NCBI GenBank assembly: GCA_038045705.1
Contig: JBBSXO010000003.1
Location: 1-64,000, forward strand
Length of the DNA: 64,000 nt
Direction: 5' to 3'
From: Nanobdellota archaeon
GTDB taxonomy: Archaea > Nanobdellota > Nanobdellia > Pacearchaeales > GW2011-AR1
A program made the position numbers and the translations under genes. Of this stretch, positions 9,832 to 20,124 are shown in pieces. Position 1 is the first letter of the stretch; each line of letters begins with the position of its first letter. Below the pieces are notes generated by a model that was not told the DNA's origin, did no database searches, and saw only the letters and a list, made by a program, of their open reading frames with translations.

Positions 9832-12642
9832 ATGAGTAGTTATATACAGAGAACAAATGGTCCTTGCGCAATTATTGCAGGAGCAGGGACTGGAAAAACA
9901 AGAAGCATAATAGAAAAGCTGAAATATATTATAGAAAATAAAATCTATCCAATAGAAAAAGTAGTTTGTTTAACTTTCTCAAATGAGGCAGTTAATAACT
10001 TAATAGAAAGAATAATTCCCTATATTAAAAGCAAAGAGCCAATAATAAGAACATTCCACTCTTTTTGTGCAGATCTATTAAGAGAACATGGTGAAAAAAT
10101 AGGAATCAAAAAAAATTTTAGAATAATAACCCCAGATGAAGGTAAAATACTTTTACATAAATATTTCAAAGTAGTCCCAATATTATGTAATAAATATATA
10201 GATAAAATAGGAATGTTAAAAGACTTAGGAAAAAGTATAACTAATTTTGAAAAAAATTCAAGAAATTCAGAAGATATTGCTAAACTATCAAAGGAACTTG
10301 AAGAAATCAATTTTAAAATAAATACGAGTCACATAAACAAAATATCAAAATTTGATCTAGAAAAAATAAAAGAAGAAAGTGATACAATTGAAAAAGAAAT
10401 AAAAGACGCAAAATTTATACAGACTTGGAAGTCTTATGAAAAGATAAAACTAGCAAATAATGGTCTAGATTATTCAGATCTACACAATAAAGCTTTAGAA
10501 CTTTTAACAGAAAATCATGAAATTGCAGATGATTTTGAATATGTAATAGTTGATGAGTTTCAAGATACAAACAAAATACAATGTTCTCTTCTTGATAAGA
10601 TAGCTAAAAAAAGAAATATTACAGTAGTAGGTGATTTGAATCAATCAATATATCGTTTCAGAGGAGCATATGAAGATAATTTTAAATATTTTAGAGAGAT
10701 AATGAATCTAAAGAAAGAAGACATATTCAGGTTAGACAAATCATATAGATCGACTAACAATATCCTAGATATGGCTCATGAATTAATTCAAAATAATTAT
10801 AAAAATAAAGAAGATTGTTTTAATGTAAAAAATGCTCACAATATCGAAGGCGAGAAAACAAAGATATATGAATTAAAAAATAGCAAGGAAGAGGTAAGAA
10901 AAATAATAGAAATAATAAAGGAAGAAATATCAAAAAACACTCCTTTAAAACAAATATGTGTAATATTCAGAACACATCAACAATCATCAATGTTAAAAAA
11001 ACAATTAGAATATGAAAACATCCCTTACACAAGCATAAATAAGGATTCTTTATTAAAAGATCAAAAAATAAGACTTGTAAGATCATATCTAACGATAGTA
11101 GAAAAAATATCAAGTAAATCTAAAGGTGGAGAGTCTTCAATATGGGAAATAGTAAATCAATCAATAAAAGATACTAAAGACAATTTTAATATCACTCAAG
11201 AAATAAAAAAATGGAAGGATAAAAAAGAATTAATTTGTGAGGAATTCATAAATCATGAATTTGATTTATCAGAAAATGGAAAAATCCAGATAAACTTAAT
11301 AAAATATATAATAAATTCAATTATAGAAAACTCAAAGCTAAAATCAGAAGAATTGATAAAAAAATCTTATGAGCTACTAGGAATAGGAGAAAAAGATTCA
11401 GTCCCATCACTTGAAAAATTCCACAAATTCGTAAAAGAATTACCAGAAAACGAAGCAGGAGATTTATCTGGATTAATATATCATTTAAACACAATAGATT
11501 CACTTGGCATAAACATTGAAGCACCTGAATTAGTAAAAGATGGTATAAAAATAATGACTAACCATTCAACAAAGGGTCTTGAGTATGATGTAGTCATAAT
11601 GTCTTCAATAGTTCAAAAAAAGTTCCCAATTGAAAGAATAGATAAAAAAGACTCATTCAATGAAGAGACTGATAGTCTTGAGTCTCAAATATCAGAAGAA
11701 AGAAGATTATGTTATGTTGGTTTTACAAGAGCAAAAAAAAGACTTTATCTCACATTCGCAAAAGAATATGGACAAAGAAAATACGAACCAAGTCAATTCC
11801 TAAATGAAATAAGTTACATAGATAATAAATCAATACAATTTATAAAAGATGATTCTGAATCTTATCAAACTCCTGATATAAATATCACACCAATAATTGA
11901 AATTAATGATGGGTATGTTTCTTTCTCACCTTCTTCCTTACAAATATTTGATGAATGCGAAAAGAGATACGAAATGAAATATATATACAACATGCCAGAC
12001 CCAACACCTCAATCATGGGAAGCAATAACTCTAGGAACATTTATACACAAAGTGCTAGATAAAGCTGTAAAGAATAAATGCAAATCATTAAAGGAAATTG
12101 AAGATATCGCAAAAATAATACAAATATCTGAATACAAAGAGCTCAATATTAATGAATCAATGCTAATGATAAAAGTATTCTTCGAAAGAAACAAAAAAAT
12201 GTATGATGAAAACTCAATGACTGAAAAAAGTCTAAGAATAAAAATAGAGGGTTTAACATTTACAGGTTTTGCAGATAGAATAGACATTTCAGAAAACGGA
12301 GAAGTTACTATAGTAGATTACAAAACTGGAAAATATGATATAAAACCTAGGTATAGAAATTGGCAATTAGGCATTTATGCAATGGCTTCTAAAGAAGAAC
12401 TAGGAAAACCAAAGAGACTTATTTTAGATATGTTACAAAAAGAAACACCTCTTGAGTTTGAATTAGATGACCAAGGAATAGCAAAAGAGATTCATAGTGC
12501 AAGAACATATTTTAATCTAAATGAAGTAAAAAAAGAGATAGTAGAAACAGCTAAAAAAATAATGATTGCCAGAAAAACAGGTTTCAGATTTTGCCAGGTG
12601 GAAAAGAACTGCCAATTCTGTGAAGATCTAATGAAAAAATAA
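9832..12642 (+). CDS. UvrD/SF1 DNA helicase fused to a PD-(D/E)xK nuclease
   Basis: AGAGTGKT, VDEFQD, VGDLNQSIYRFRGA, YRS, TNHSTKGLEY, EERRLCYVGFTRA; C-terminal GFADRID..IVDYKTG and Cys cluster. Confidence 0.92.
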   Translation: MSSYIQRTNGPCAIIAGAGTGKTRSIIEKLKYIIENKIYPIEKVVCLTFSNEAVNNLIERIIPYIKSKEPIIRTFHSFCADLLREHGEKIGIKKNFRIITPDEGKILLHKYFKVVPILCNKYIDKIGMLKDLGKSITNFEKNSRNSEDIAKLSKELEEINFKINTSHINKISKFDLEKIKEESDTIEKEIKDAKFIQTWKSYEKIKLANNGLDYSDLHNKALELLTENHEIADDFEYVIVDEFQDTNKIQCSLLDKIAKKRNITVVGDLNQSIYRFRGAYEDNFKYFREIMNLKKEDIFRLDKSYRSTNNILDMAHELIQNNYKNKEDCFNVKNAHNIEGEKTKIYELKNSKEEVRKIIEIIKEEISKNTPLKQICVIFRTHQQSSMLKKQLEYENIPYTSINKDSLLKDQKIRLVRSYLTIVEKISSKSKGGESSIWEIVNQSIKDTKDNFNITQEIKKWKDKKELICEEFINHEFDLSENGKIQINLIKYIINSIIENSKLKSEELIKKSYELLGIGEKDSVPSLEKFHKFVKELPENEAGDLSGLIYHLNTIDSLGINIEAPELVKDGIKIMTNHSTKGLEYDVVIMSSIVQKKFPIERIDKKDSFNEETDSLESQISEERRLCYVGFTRAKKRLYLTFAKEYGQRKYEPSQFLNEISYIDNKSIQFIKDDSESYQTPDINITPIIEINDGYVSFSPSSLQIFDECEKRYEMKYIYNMPDPTPQSWEAITLGTFIHKVLDKAVKNKCKSLKEIEDIAKIIQISEYKELNINESMLMIKVFFERNKKMYDENSMTEKSLRIKIEGLTFTGFADRIDISENGEVTIVDYKTGKYDIKPRYRNWQLGIYAMASKEELGKPKRLILDMLQKETPLEFELDDQGIAKEIHSARTYFNLNEVKKEIVETAKKIMIARKTGFRFCQVEKNCQFCEDLMKK

Positions 12643-12645
12643 ATA

Positions 12646-12975
12646 CTATCTTACATCAAGATTATTCATTTTTTGGTAAGTTTTCTTACATTTTTCAACA
12701 GCAGCATAACCCATAGCAAAGGCTAAACTTGCGGATAAGTTATCTTCCCACACAGGTTGTACTCCAAATATAGAATATACTGAATTTGATATGTCTGCAA
12801 CATAGGCTATACCCATTCCAAGTAAAAGTTTATCTAAAAAGTTGCGAGGTGCATGAGTAGGCATGTAATTTCTATCAGGATTAGCTAAAATAGATCCAGC
12901 TATTAAACCCACTCCAAATTGTAATCCTATATTGAGTGGTACCAAGTTAACTTCTAAAAGTTCAATTAAATTCAT
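12646..12975 (-). CDS. Hypothetical membrane protein
   Basis: 109-aa hydrophobic ORF. Confidence 0.5.
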   Translation of the reverse strand: MNLIELLEVNLVPLNIGLQFGVGLIAGSILANPDRNYMPTHAPRNFLDKLLLGMGIAYVADISNSVYSIFGVQPVWEDNLSASLAFAMGYAAVEKCKKTYQKMNNLDVR

Positions 12976-13006
12976 ATAAAAAGCTCAAAATTTTGAGTTT
13001 ATAAAA

Positions 13007-13423
13007 CTACCTTAAATCTTCTGGCACTCTATAATCTACCCATTCTACATTCTTATTTTCAATTGCTTCTTTAACAGACTTCTCAGTTCCAGAAAGTTTA
13101 GATTTCCCACTCTTGACTTCAACAAAACTAACTCCTGTTACATTTTTTTCATCAAGCCCATGAAACACTATAAAATCAACTGGCTTTCCTATAAATTTGC
13201 ATTCAGTAGGCTTGAAAGGAAAATTAGGCAAATAAGGAGCAAGTTGTTCTGAAAAATTCCCAGCAAGAACAGCCCTAGATCTAGAAATAGCATCTTGTCT
13301 GTGAAAATCAATTTGACTTTCCCAATATCTATTACGTTTCCAAGAAGCAAGAGCATGTCCAATTAAGTAACCAATAATTACTGCAACAAGAACAATAATT
13401 ATTGTTATTATATCTAAGACCAT
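13007..13423 (-). CDS. Holliday-junction-resolvase-like endonuclease with N-terminal TM helix
   Basis: SRAVLAGNFSEQLAP, FIGKPVDFIVF, FVEVKSG (Endonuc_Holl-type motifs). Confidence 0.85.
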   Translation of the reverse strand: MVLDIITIIIVLVAVIIGYLIGHALASWKRNRYWESQIDFHRQDAISRSRAVLAGNFSEQLAPYLPNFPFKPTECKFIGKPVDFIVFHGLDEKNVTGVSFVEVKSGKSKLSGTEKSVKEAIENKNVEWVDYRVPEDLR

Positions 13424-13537
13424 AAGATAAGCAGATAATAAAGGTTAATAAAATCAGTTATTTTAAATTATAGATTAAATATTTTATAGTAATGGTTGCG
13501 TTCAATACCTTTCAGGCAGGTTACTGTGAAATGTATG

Positions 13538-13873
13538 CTAAACCAAAACAATTTTGCTAATTGCTTCTTTTATTTCCTTTATCTCTTTTGTTGCTGTAAC
13601 CCAAACTCTGCTTAAGCTGGCTTCAAAATAAGAATGTATAATAAAATTTCTATAGTTTGACACTTTAGACCAAGGAACATGTTTATTTTTTTCCTTTAAA
13701 GATCTAGGAATATTGTTGCTTGCCTCGCCAATTATTTCAAGTCTTCTTATGATAGCATCTTGAAGCATTACATTTTTACTAAATGACTCTTCAGAAATTC
13801 CTTGAACATATTTTTCTATCTGAATTATACAATCTTTTATGTCTTGAATGTATAGCTTATAATCTCTTTTCAT
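13538..13873 (-). CDS. HEPN (DUF86/HepT) RNase toxin
   Basis: DAIIRRLEIIGEA and RNFIIHSY (Rx4H); overlaps the MNT gene. Confidence 0.9.
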   Translation of the reverse strand: MKRDYKLYIQDIKDCIIQIEKYVQGISEESFSKNVMLQDAIIRRLEIIGEASNNIPRSLKEKNKHVPWSKVSNYRNFIIHSYFEASLSRVWVTATKEIKEIKEAISKIVLV

Positions 13874-14157
13874 AACACTCTTACTTCATCCTTTAAAATG
13901 GATTTCTTTAATTCTTTTCTTATAGTGGAATATTCTACCAAGTCCACCTTTCTTTTAAGACGTTTCTCTAGCAAAATTTTAAGGCTTATTAGTGAAGAAA
14001 AACCTTTTCCATCATTCATCTCTATTAGTATATCTACATCACTTCCCTTTTTTTCATCACCTCTAGCATAACTTCCAAATATGCCTGCCTTTGTAACATT
14101 GTACTCTTGAAGTAATGGAACTATCTTTTCTTTTAGCTCTTGTAAGGATTTTTTCAT
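13870..14157 (-). CDS. Minimal nucleotidyltransferase (MntA-like) antitoxin
   Basis: IFGSYARG..SDVDILI..KVDLV. Confidence 0.9.
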   Translation of the reverse strand: MKKSLQELKEKIVPLLQEYNVTKAGIFGSYARGDEKKGSDVDILIEMNDGKGFSSLISLKILLEKRLKRKVDLVEYSTIRKELKKSILKDEVRVL

Positions 14158-14234
14158 ATTTTTATAGAAGATTAGAAGTTTTTAACACTTTTGAATACTA
14201 GAAAAAAGTTAAGCTAATATACGCAGTTCAAGAA

Positions 14235-16760
14235 TCAAACTTTAACTTCTTCATCAGCAACTAAAACAACATCTGCAATCTTATCACTTTCTTTAAGCTT
14301 AACAACTCTAACTCCCTGAGTAGCCCTTCCCATTTCCCTCATTTCATCCATTGAAATTCTAACAACCATTCCCTGTTTTGTCGTTGCGATAATTGAAGAG
14401 TCTTCAGTAACAGGTAAAGATCTCACAACACTACCATTTTTATCTTCAGTTCTTATATTAATAACACCCTTACCACCTCTTCCAGTCAAGCGGTAATCTT
14501 CTAGAGCACTTCTTTTACCATATCCTTTATCAGTAACGCTCAAGATAGAAGTCTTTTGTGCATCCTTCATTGGAACAGGAACTAAAGAAACAACTTCGTC
14601 TTTTGAATTCAGTTCTATCCCCTTAACTCCATAACTAGCACGACCCATTTGTCTAACTTCATCCGCATTGAAACGTATAGCTTTCCCATCACTTGTAGTT
14701 AGTAAAACTTCCTGTTTATCACTAACACGCATAACACTAATTAAAATATCGCTCCCATCAACAGGCATGTTCATTACACGCACACCAGTACTCCTAGGCT
14801 TAGCAACATCACTCACAGCTATCTTCTTTACTATCCCTAGTTTAGTTACAAACATCAAGTATCCTTTGTCAAAATCTGAAACAGAAAGTACATTAGCGAT
14901 AGTTTCATCACGTAAATCCAAAACATTCACAAGTGCCTTTCCCTTGCTCTGGCGTTCGCTCGCAGGAACATCATTTGCCTTAAGCCAATATAACCTTCCC
15001 CTAGAAGTAAAGAATAGCAAATGATCATGAGTAGAACATGTAATCAAGCGAGTTACAAAGTCTTCTTCCTTTAAGTCAGCACCAGTAACGCCAACTCCAC
15101 CCCTTTTTTGTTCCTTGTAAACTTTAACATCTACTCGTTTAATATAACCTGAATTAGTGATCATAACAACAACATCTTTCTTCTCAACAAGATCATGTTC
15201 TGTAATTTCATCAACATTACGTATTAATTTAGTTCTTCTATCATCTCCAAATTTAGATTTTATTTCATTAATTTCTTTCTTAATTACTTTTAATATTTCT
15301 TTTTCATCTCCTAAAATACTCTTAAGTTCAGTAATCAATTCTTTCAGTTTCTTTTCTTCATCTCTAAGTTTATCAGCTTCAAGATGAGTTAATTGCTGTA
15401 ATCTTATCTCAAGTACTGCTTTAGCTTGTCTATCTGTCATGCTAAATTTCTTCATGAGTCCTTCATGAGCAGCTTTTGTATCTTCAGATTTTCTTATTAA
15501 TGCAACGACGGCATCAATATCTTTGAGAGCTAGTAAAAGTCCCAAAACAAGTTCAAGGCGTTCTTGTGCCTTGTTTAAATCAAATTCACTTCTTCTTCGA
15601 ACAACAAGTTGACGATATTTGATATATTCTGTTATAATATCTAGTAAATTCAAAACTCTAGGTTGCTTGCCAACTAGAGCAAGCAAGTTAGCATCGAAAC
15701 TAGTTTGGATATTAGTCATTTTATACAATTGATTCATTGTAAATTTAGGCTCGACACCTTTTTTCAATTCAATGACAATTCTTACTTTGCCTCTTGCAGA
15801 CTCATCTCTTAAATCTGAGATATCTGGAAGTTTTTTTTCAGTCGCAAGCTGAGCAATATTCTTTACGAGTTCAGCTTTATTTACCATATAAGGTATCTCT
15901 GTAATGATAATTGAAGTTTTTCCTTTTTTATCCTCTTCAATTTCGCTTCTAGCACGAATAATTATTTTACCTTTACCATTTCTATACATTTCTTTAATTC
16001 CTGGGCCGGTAATTAAACCGCCAGTAGGAAAATCAGGTCCCTTAACAATCCCAATCAAATCTTCAACAGTTGCATTTGGATTTTCTATAATATGAATAAC
16101 TGCATCAGAAATTTCAGTTAAATTATGAGGTGGAATATTTGTTGCCATACCAACAGCAATACCAGTTGCACCATTAAGCAAAAGGTTAGGCAATTTAGCA
16201 GGAAGTGTTTCAGGTTCCTTCAAATCATTAGAAAAGTTAGGTCTCATCTTTACAGTATCTTTTTCAATATCTGCAAGTAACTCTTCTGATATTTTACTTA
16301 GTTTTGCCTCGGTGTAACGATCTGCTGCCGGAGAATCTCCATCCATGTTTCCAAAATTACCTTGCCCATGCACCAAAGGATAACGCAGAGAAAAGTCCTG
16401 AGCCATACGCACCAAAGAATCATAAATTGCCAGATTACCATGAGGGTGATAATTACCCATTGTCTCTCCTACAATTTTAGCACATTTACGAGTAGGTTTA
16501 CTATAATCTAAACCCATAACATTCATAGCATATAATATTCTTCTATGTACGGGCTTAAGTCCATCTTCAACAGAAGGCAATGCTCTATCAACTATAACGG
16601 ACATTGCATAATCAATGAATGCCTGTTCCATCTCTTCAACAATTTCGACTCCAAAAACTCCTTTCTCTTCTCCTATTTGTTCTTTCTCACGACGTTTCTG
16701 TTCAGCCTTCAGTACTTCTTCTTCAATAGCATCTTCTTTCTTATTATCTTCTTCAGCCAT
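14235..16760 (-). CDS. gyrA: DNA gyrase subunit A
   Basis: DGLKPVHRR, YHPHG, RYTEAKL catalytic Tyr, GyrA box QKRGGVG, pinwheel repeats; ATG start MAEED at 16760. Confidence 0.97.
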   Translation of the reverse strand: MAEEDNKKEDAIEEEVLKAEQKRREKEQIGEEKGVFGVEIVEEMEQAFIDYAMSVIVDRALPSVEDGLKPVHRRILYAMNVMGLDYSKPTRKCAKIVGETMGNYHPHGNLAIYDSLVRMAQDFSLRYPLVHGQGNFGNMDGDSPAADRYTEAKLSKISEELLADIEKDTVKMRPNFSNDLKEPETLPAKLPNLLLNGATGIAVGMATNIPPHNLTEISDAVIHIIENPNATVEDLIGIVKGPDFPTGGLITGPGIKEMYRNGKGKIIIRARSEIEEDKKGKTSIIITEIPYMVNKAELVKNIAQLATEKKLPDISDLRDESARGKVRIVIELKKGVEPKFTMNQLYKMTNIQTSFDANLLALVGKQPRVLNLLDIITEYIKYRQLVVRRRSEFDLNKAQERLELVLGLLLALKDIDAVVALIRKSEDTKAAHEGLMKKFSMTDRQAKAVLEIRLQQLTHLEADKLRDEEKKLKELITELKSILGDEKEILKVIKKEINEIKSKFGDDRRTKLIRNVDEITEHDLVEKKDVVVMITNSGYIKRVDVKVYKEQKRGGVGVTGADLKEEDFVTRLITCSTHDHLLFFTSRGRLYWLKANDVPASERQSKGKALVNVLDLRDETIANVLSVSDFDKGYLMFVTKLGIVKKIAVSDVAKPRSTGVRVMNMPVDGSDILISVMRVSDKQEVLLTTSDGKAIRFNADEVRQMGRASYGVKGIELNSKDEVVSLVPVPMKDAQKTSILSVTDKGYGKRSALEDYRLTGRGGKGVINIRTEDKNGSVVRSLPVTEDSSIIATTKQGMVVRISMDEMREMGRATQGVRVVKLKESDKIADVVLVADEEVKV

Positions 16761-16983
16761 TTCCAACCCCCTCAATTTGTTTATTAGACTCAGGTAAGTT
16801 TTCTACTTCAACATTATTTTCTTCATGTGAATAAGTAACAGCTAAATCTAAGTCTGATGCAAGTGGAAACTGAATATTTGTTTTATGTTCTTTCAATTCC
16901 ATTAAGTGAGCAATCATTTCATCTATTTCATCTTCGCTCAAAGTCACATCAATTACTTCTATCTCTTCATGTTCTTCTACCAT
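16753..16983 (-). CDS. Small acidic hypothetical protein between gyrB and gyrA
   Basis: MVEEHEEIEVIDVTLSEDEIDEMIAHL..., starts just after the gyrB stop and overlaps the gyrA start. Confidence 0.65.
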   Translation of the reverse strand: MVEEHEEIEVIDVTLSEDEIDEMIAHLMELKEHKTNIQFPLASDLDLAVTYSHEENNVEVENLPESNKQIEGVGNG

Positions 16984-16984
16984 T

Positions 16985-18886
16985 TTAAATATCAATTTGC
17001 GCCTCCGACGCTCTTTCTGCAATAAACTGCTTTCGGTGCTCAACCTCATCACCCATCAGTTTAGAGAATACTTCATCAGCTTTTACTCCATCCTCAATTT
17101 TTACTCTCTTTAACATTCGAGTTTTAGGATTCATAGTAGTGTCCCATAACTGATCAGCATTCATTTCTCCAAGACCCTTAAATCTTTGAACATCCACATT
17201 ACCACCAAGTTTAGAAATCAGTTCTTTTAATTCTTTATCTGAATAGACATAATGATCTCCACGCTTACGTACTCTGTATAAAGGAGATACTGCAATGTAA
17301 ATATGCCCATTCTCAATTAGTTTTGGAGTGAATCTAAAAAAGAAAGTAAGCAAAAGTGTTCTAATGTGTGCTCCATCCACATCAGCGTCAGTCATAATAA
17401 TTATTTTAGAATATCTTAATTTAGAAATATCAAACTGCTCATTTATTCCTGCTCCTGTAGCCGTAATCATATTTGTAATTTCTTCATTTGATAAAACCTT
17501 AACTGGCTGAGCTTTCTCAACATTCAAAATCTTACCCTTTAAAGGTAATATTGCTTGAAATTCTTTATTACGTGCTTGTTTGCTACTGCCAGCCGCAGAA
17601 TCTCCTTCCACAAGGTAAAGTTCAGTTTCTTCAGTCTTATTAGAAGAACAATCTGCAAGTTTGCCAGGAAGACCTCCAACTGAAAACGCATTCTTTCTAC
17701 GAATCAATTCTTTAGCTTTCTTAGCAGCATTACGCGCCCTTTGTCCTTCAATTGCTTTATCGACAATTTTACGAGCAACTTGAGGGTTCTCTTCAAAAAA
17801 CTCAGTCATTGCAAGCATAGAAACGCTATCAACTATTCCCTTAACATCGCTATTGCCTAACTTTGTCTTCGTCTGTCCTTCAAATTGTGGTTCTGGAACT
17901 TTAACGGAAATTATAGCAGTCAAACCTTCACGAACATCATCGCCTGTAACATTTCCATCCTTAAGCAGTTTACTCTTATTCCCATAATCATTTATTGCGC
18001 GAGTTAGTGCCGTCTTAAATCCTACAACATGAGTCCCGCCCTCAATAGTATTAATTGTATTAACGAAACTCAAAACGTTTTCCTGATAACCATCATTATA
18101 TTGAACTGCACACTCCACAAACATTTTATCTTGTTCTTTCATGAAATAAACAGGTTTAAGATGAATTGGTTGTCTTGTCCTATTAACCCATTTCACAAAA
18201 TCAATGAGACCACCCTCATAACTAAAAATCTCTTTCTTATTAGTTATCTTATCAGTTAAACTGATTTTTACACCTTTGTTCAAGAATGCAATTTCTCTAA
18301 ATCTAGTTTCTAAAACAGAAAAATCAAACTTAGTTGTTGAAAATATAGTTTCATCAGGAGTAAAAGTAACTGAAGTCCCTGTCTGTTTTTTATCACAATC
18401 TCCAACGGTCTTCAATTTATAGATTGGTTTACCAATTTCATATTCTTGCTGATATATTTTACCATCTCTCTTAATTACAACCTTGAAACTCTTAGATAAA
18501 GCTGCAACGACGCTTATACCAACTCCGTGAAGTCCTCCTGAAATCTTATAACTCCCCTTATCGAACTTTCCTCCAGCGTGCAATTTAGTGATTACAACTT
18601 CGACAGTAGGAATTTTATAAACTGGATGAGGGTCAACAGGAATCCCACGACCATTATCTTCAACAGTTACGCTACCATCAGCATTAAGGGTAATGTCAAT
18701 GTCGGTACAATAACCAGCCATAGCCTCATCAACAGAGTTATCTACTATTTCATCAACAAGTTTATGTAGGCCATATTTGCTCGTGCTACCAATATACATA
18801 CTTGGTCTATGTCTTACTCCTTCCAAACCTTCCAGTACCTTAATATTTTCTCCAGAGTAATTTTTTGCTTCTTTTTCAGATGCCAT
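16985..18886 (-). CDS. gyrB: DNA gyrase subunit B
   Basis: VRHRPSMYIG, EIVDNSVDE, GGLHGVG, EGDSA, PLKGK, MTDADVDG, QRFKGLGEM; no intein. Confidence 0.97.
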   Translation of the reverse strand: MASEKEAKNYSGENIKVLEGLEGVRHRPSMYIGSTSKYGLHKLVDEIVDNSVDEAMAGYCTDIDITLNADGSVTVEDNGRGIPVDPHPVYKIPTVEVVITKLHAGGKFDKGSYKISGGLHGVGISVVAALSKSFKVVIKRDGKIYQQEYEIGKPIYKLKTVGDCDKKQTGTSVTFTPDETIFSTTKFDFSVLETRFREIAFLNKGVKISLTDKITNKKEIFSYEGGLIDFVKWVNRTRQPIHLKPVYFMKEQDKMFVECAVQYNDGYQENVLSFVNTINTIEGGTHVVGFKTALTRAINDYGNKSKLLKDGNVTGDDVREGLTAIISVKVPEPQFEGQTKTKLGNSDVKGIVDSVSMLAMTEFFEENPQVARKIVDKAIEGQRARNAAKKAKELIRRKNAFSVGGLPGKLADCSSNKTEETELYLVEGDSAAGSSKQARNKEFQAILPLKGKILNVEKAQPVKVLSNEEITNMITATGAGINEQFDISKLRYSKIIIMTDADVDGAHIRTLLLTFFFRFTPKLIENGHIYIAVSPLYRVRKRGDHYVYSDKELKELISKLGGNVDVQRFKGLGEMNADQLWDTTMNPKTRMLKRVKIEDGVKADEVFSKLMGDEVEHRKQFIAERASEAQIDI

Positions 18887-19829
18887 TTTCTTCTCCTATT
18901 TTATATTTCATGCTACTCAAAAGGTAAGGCTTAATTATTTTAACTAATTTTTTAGTATCATCTTGTTTAAACCTTAAATAATAATATTTACCATCTCTAA
19001 AACCAATTGTTGGATCTAGTCCAAATTTGTTATTAAAAAACTTTTTCATTAAATTATGCTCTTCTAAAGAATAAGCATTGGTGCATAAAATAATATAACC
19101 TTGAGTTCTGCTATAACTCCCATCATCACATACCCATACTGCCAAGGAAGATGGATTTAACTGGTCTAAAATTTCTTGAGTTATAATCTTTCTTCCATTT
19201 TTGTAAAATAAATTTCTATAATAATTAAAAGCAGGATGAGTATTTGTTGCAAAGTCCATAGCTTCGATAATGTGATCCTTAACTTTTCTTTTTACTTCTC
19301 TAAATTCACTTATCTTAAAATTCTTTAAAATATCATGTTTCCATTGCGCATATAGTCTTTGCTTTGTCGAATGAGTAAATCTAAAGCAACTATTTTTTTC
19401 TCTCTGCCTTACACTAGCATCTCCCAATAAACTCCCCAATACTAAGTCATGCTCCTCCTGAGTTAACAAAATTCTAGGATTATTAGCTAAATCAAAATTC
19501 CATTTTTTAACAGATTCATATAATTTTCTTGCACTTAAAAAGTTAATATCATTTAGTTCAGCAAATTTCATTAATTCTCTATCAGTTCTTATTCTAGATA
19601 GAGCATTTGCTTTGCTTTTATGGATATTAGGAAAGAAAGATAAAATGCGGGCTTCTTCAACTGCATGTTGTAAGACATAAGGTTTGACATGAATTTCTTG
19701 AGATAAAATAAATATATCTCCATGTTTCTTAACTTTCCTCCTAAGTTCAATTATATCAAACTTTTTACGTATCTCTCCTAAATTATCTAAAACCTTGATA
19801 TTTTCACCCGTATAACCTTTTTCACTCAT
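18876..19829 (-). mobile_element. Free-standing two-motif LAGLIDADG endonuclease with a GyrB-like N-terminal peptide
   Basis: LVLGSLLGDAS and LAVWVCDDGS motifs, LCTNAYS, YYLRF (LAGLIDADG_2-type); ATG start at 19829. Confidence 0.85.
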
Positions 19830-19924
19830 ACAAGTCAAAATAGAAAAACACCTTTATAAACCTTTATGCATAAAATTAATCATTTATCGACGATAAAATA
19901 GTCAAATAAAATTTAGAAAAAACA

Positions 19925-20122
19925 TCACTTTTTTACAGCTTTATGCACATTTCTATAAGCTTCTGTCCAACTAACTCTCTTTCTATCTCTCTTAAGTTTC
20001 AGATGACTTTTGTGACACTTTGAGCTACAATAATAATTAGTGCTTCCATCATTCTTTAATAAATAAGTTCCCATGAAATCCTCTTGTTCCCTTCCACAGA
20101 AAGTACATTTTGCCAAACTCAT
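19925..20122 (-). CDS. rpl24e: 50S ribosomal protein L24e
   Basis: CTFCG...YCSSKC..KRDRKRVSWT. Confidence 0.93.
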   Translation of the reverse strand: MSLAKCTFCGREQEDFMGTYLLKNDGSTNYYCSSKCHKSHLKLKRDRKRVSWTEAYRNVHKAVKK

Positions 20123-20124
20123 GT

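Noticed and set aside
13007-14157. Resolvase-like nuclease plus MNT-HEPN as a new defence system
   Set aside because: Both are common stand-alone modules, separated by an intergenic gap; nothing in the sequence links them functionally
16985-19829. Intein or spliced intron in gyrB
   Set aside because: GyrB is continuous and of normal length with its own N-terminus; the endonuclease ORF has no Cys/Ser start block or His-Asn end and has its own stop codon
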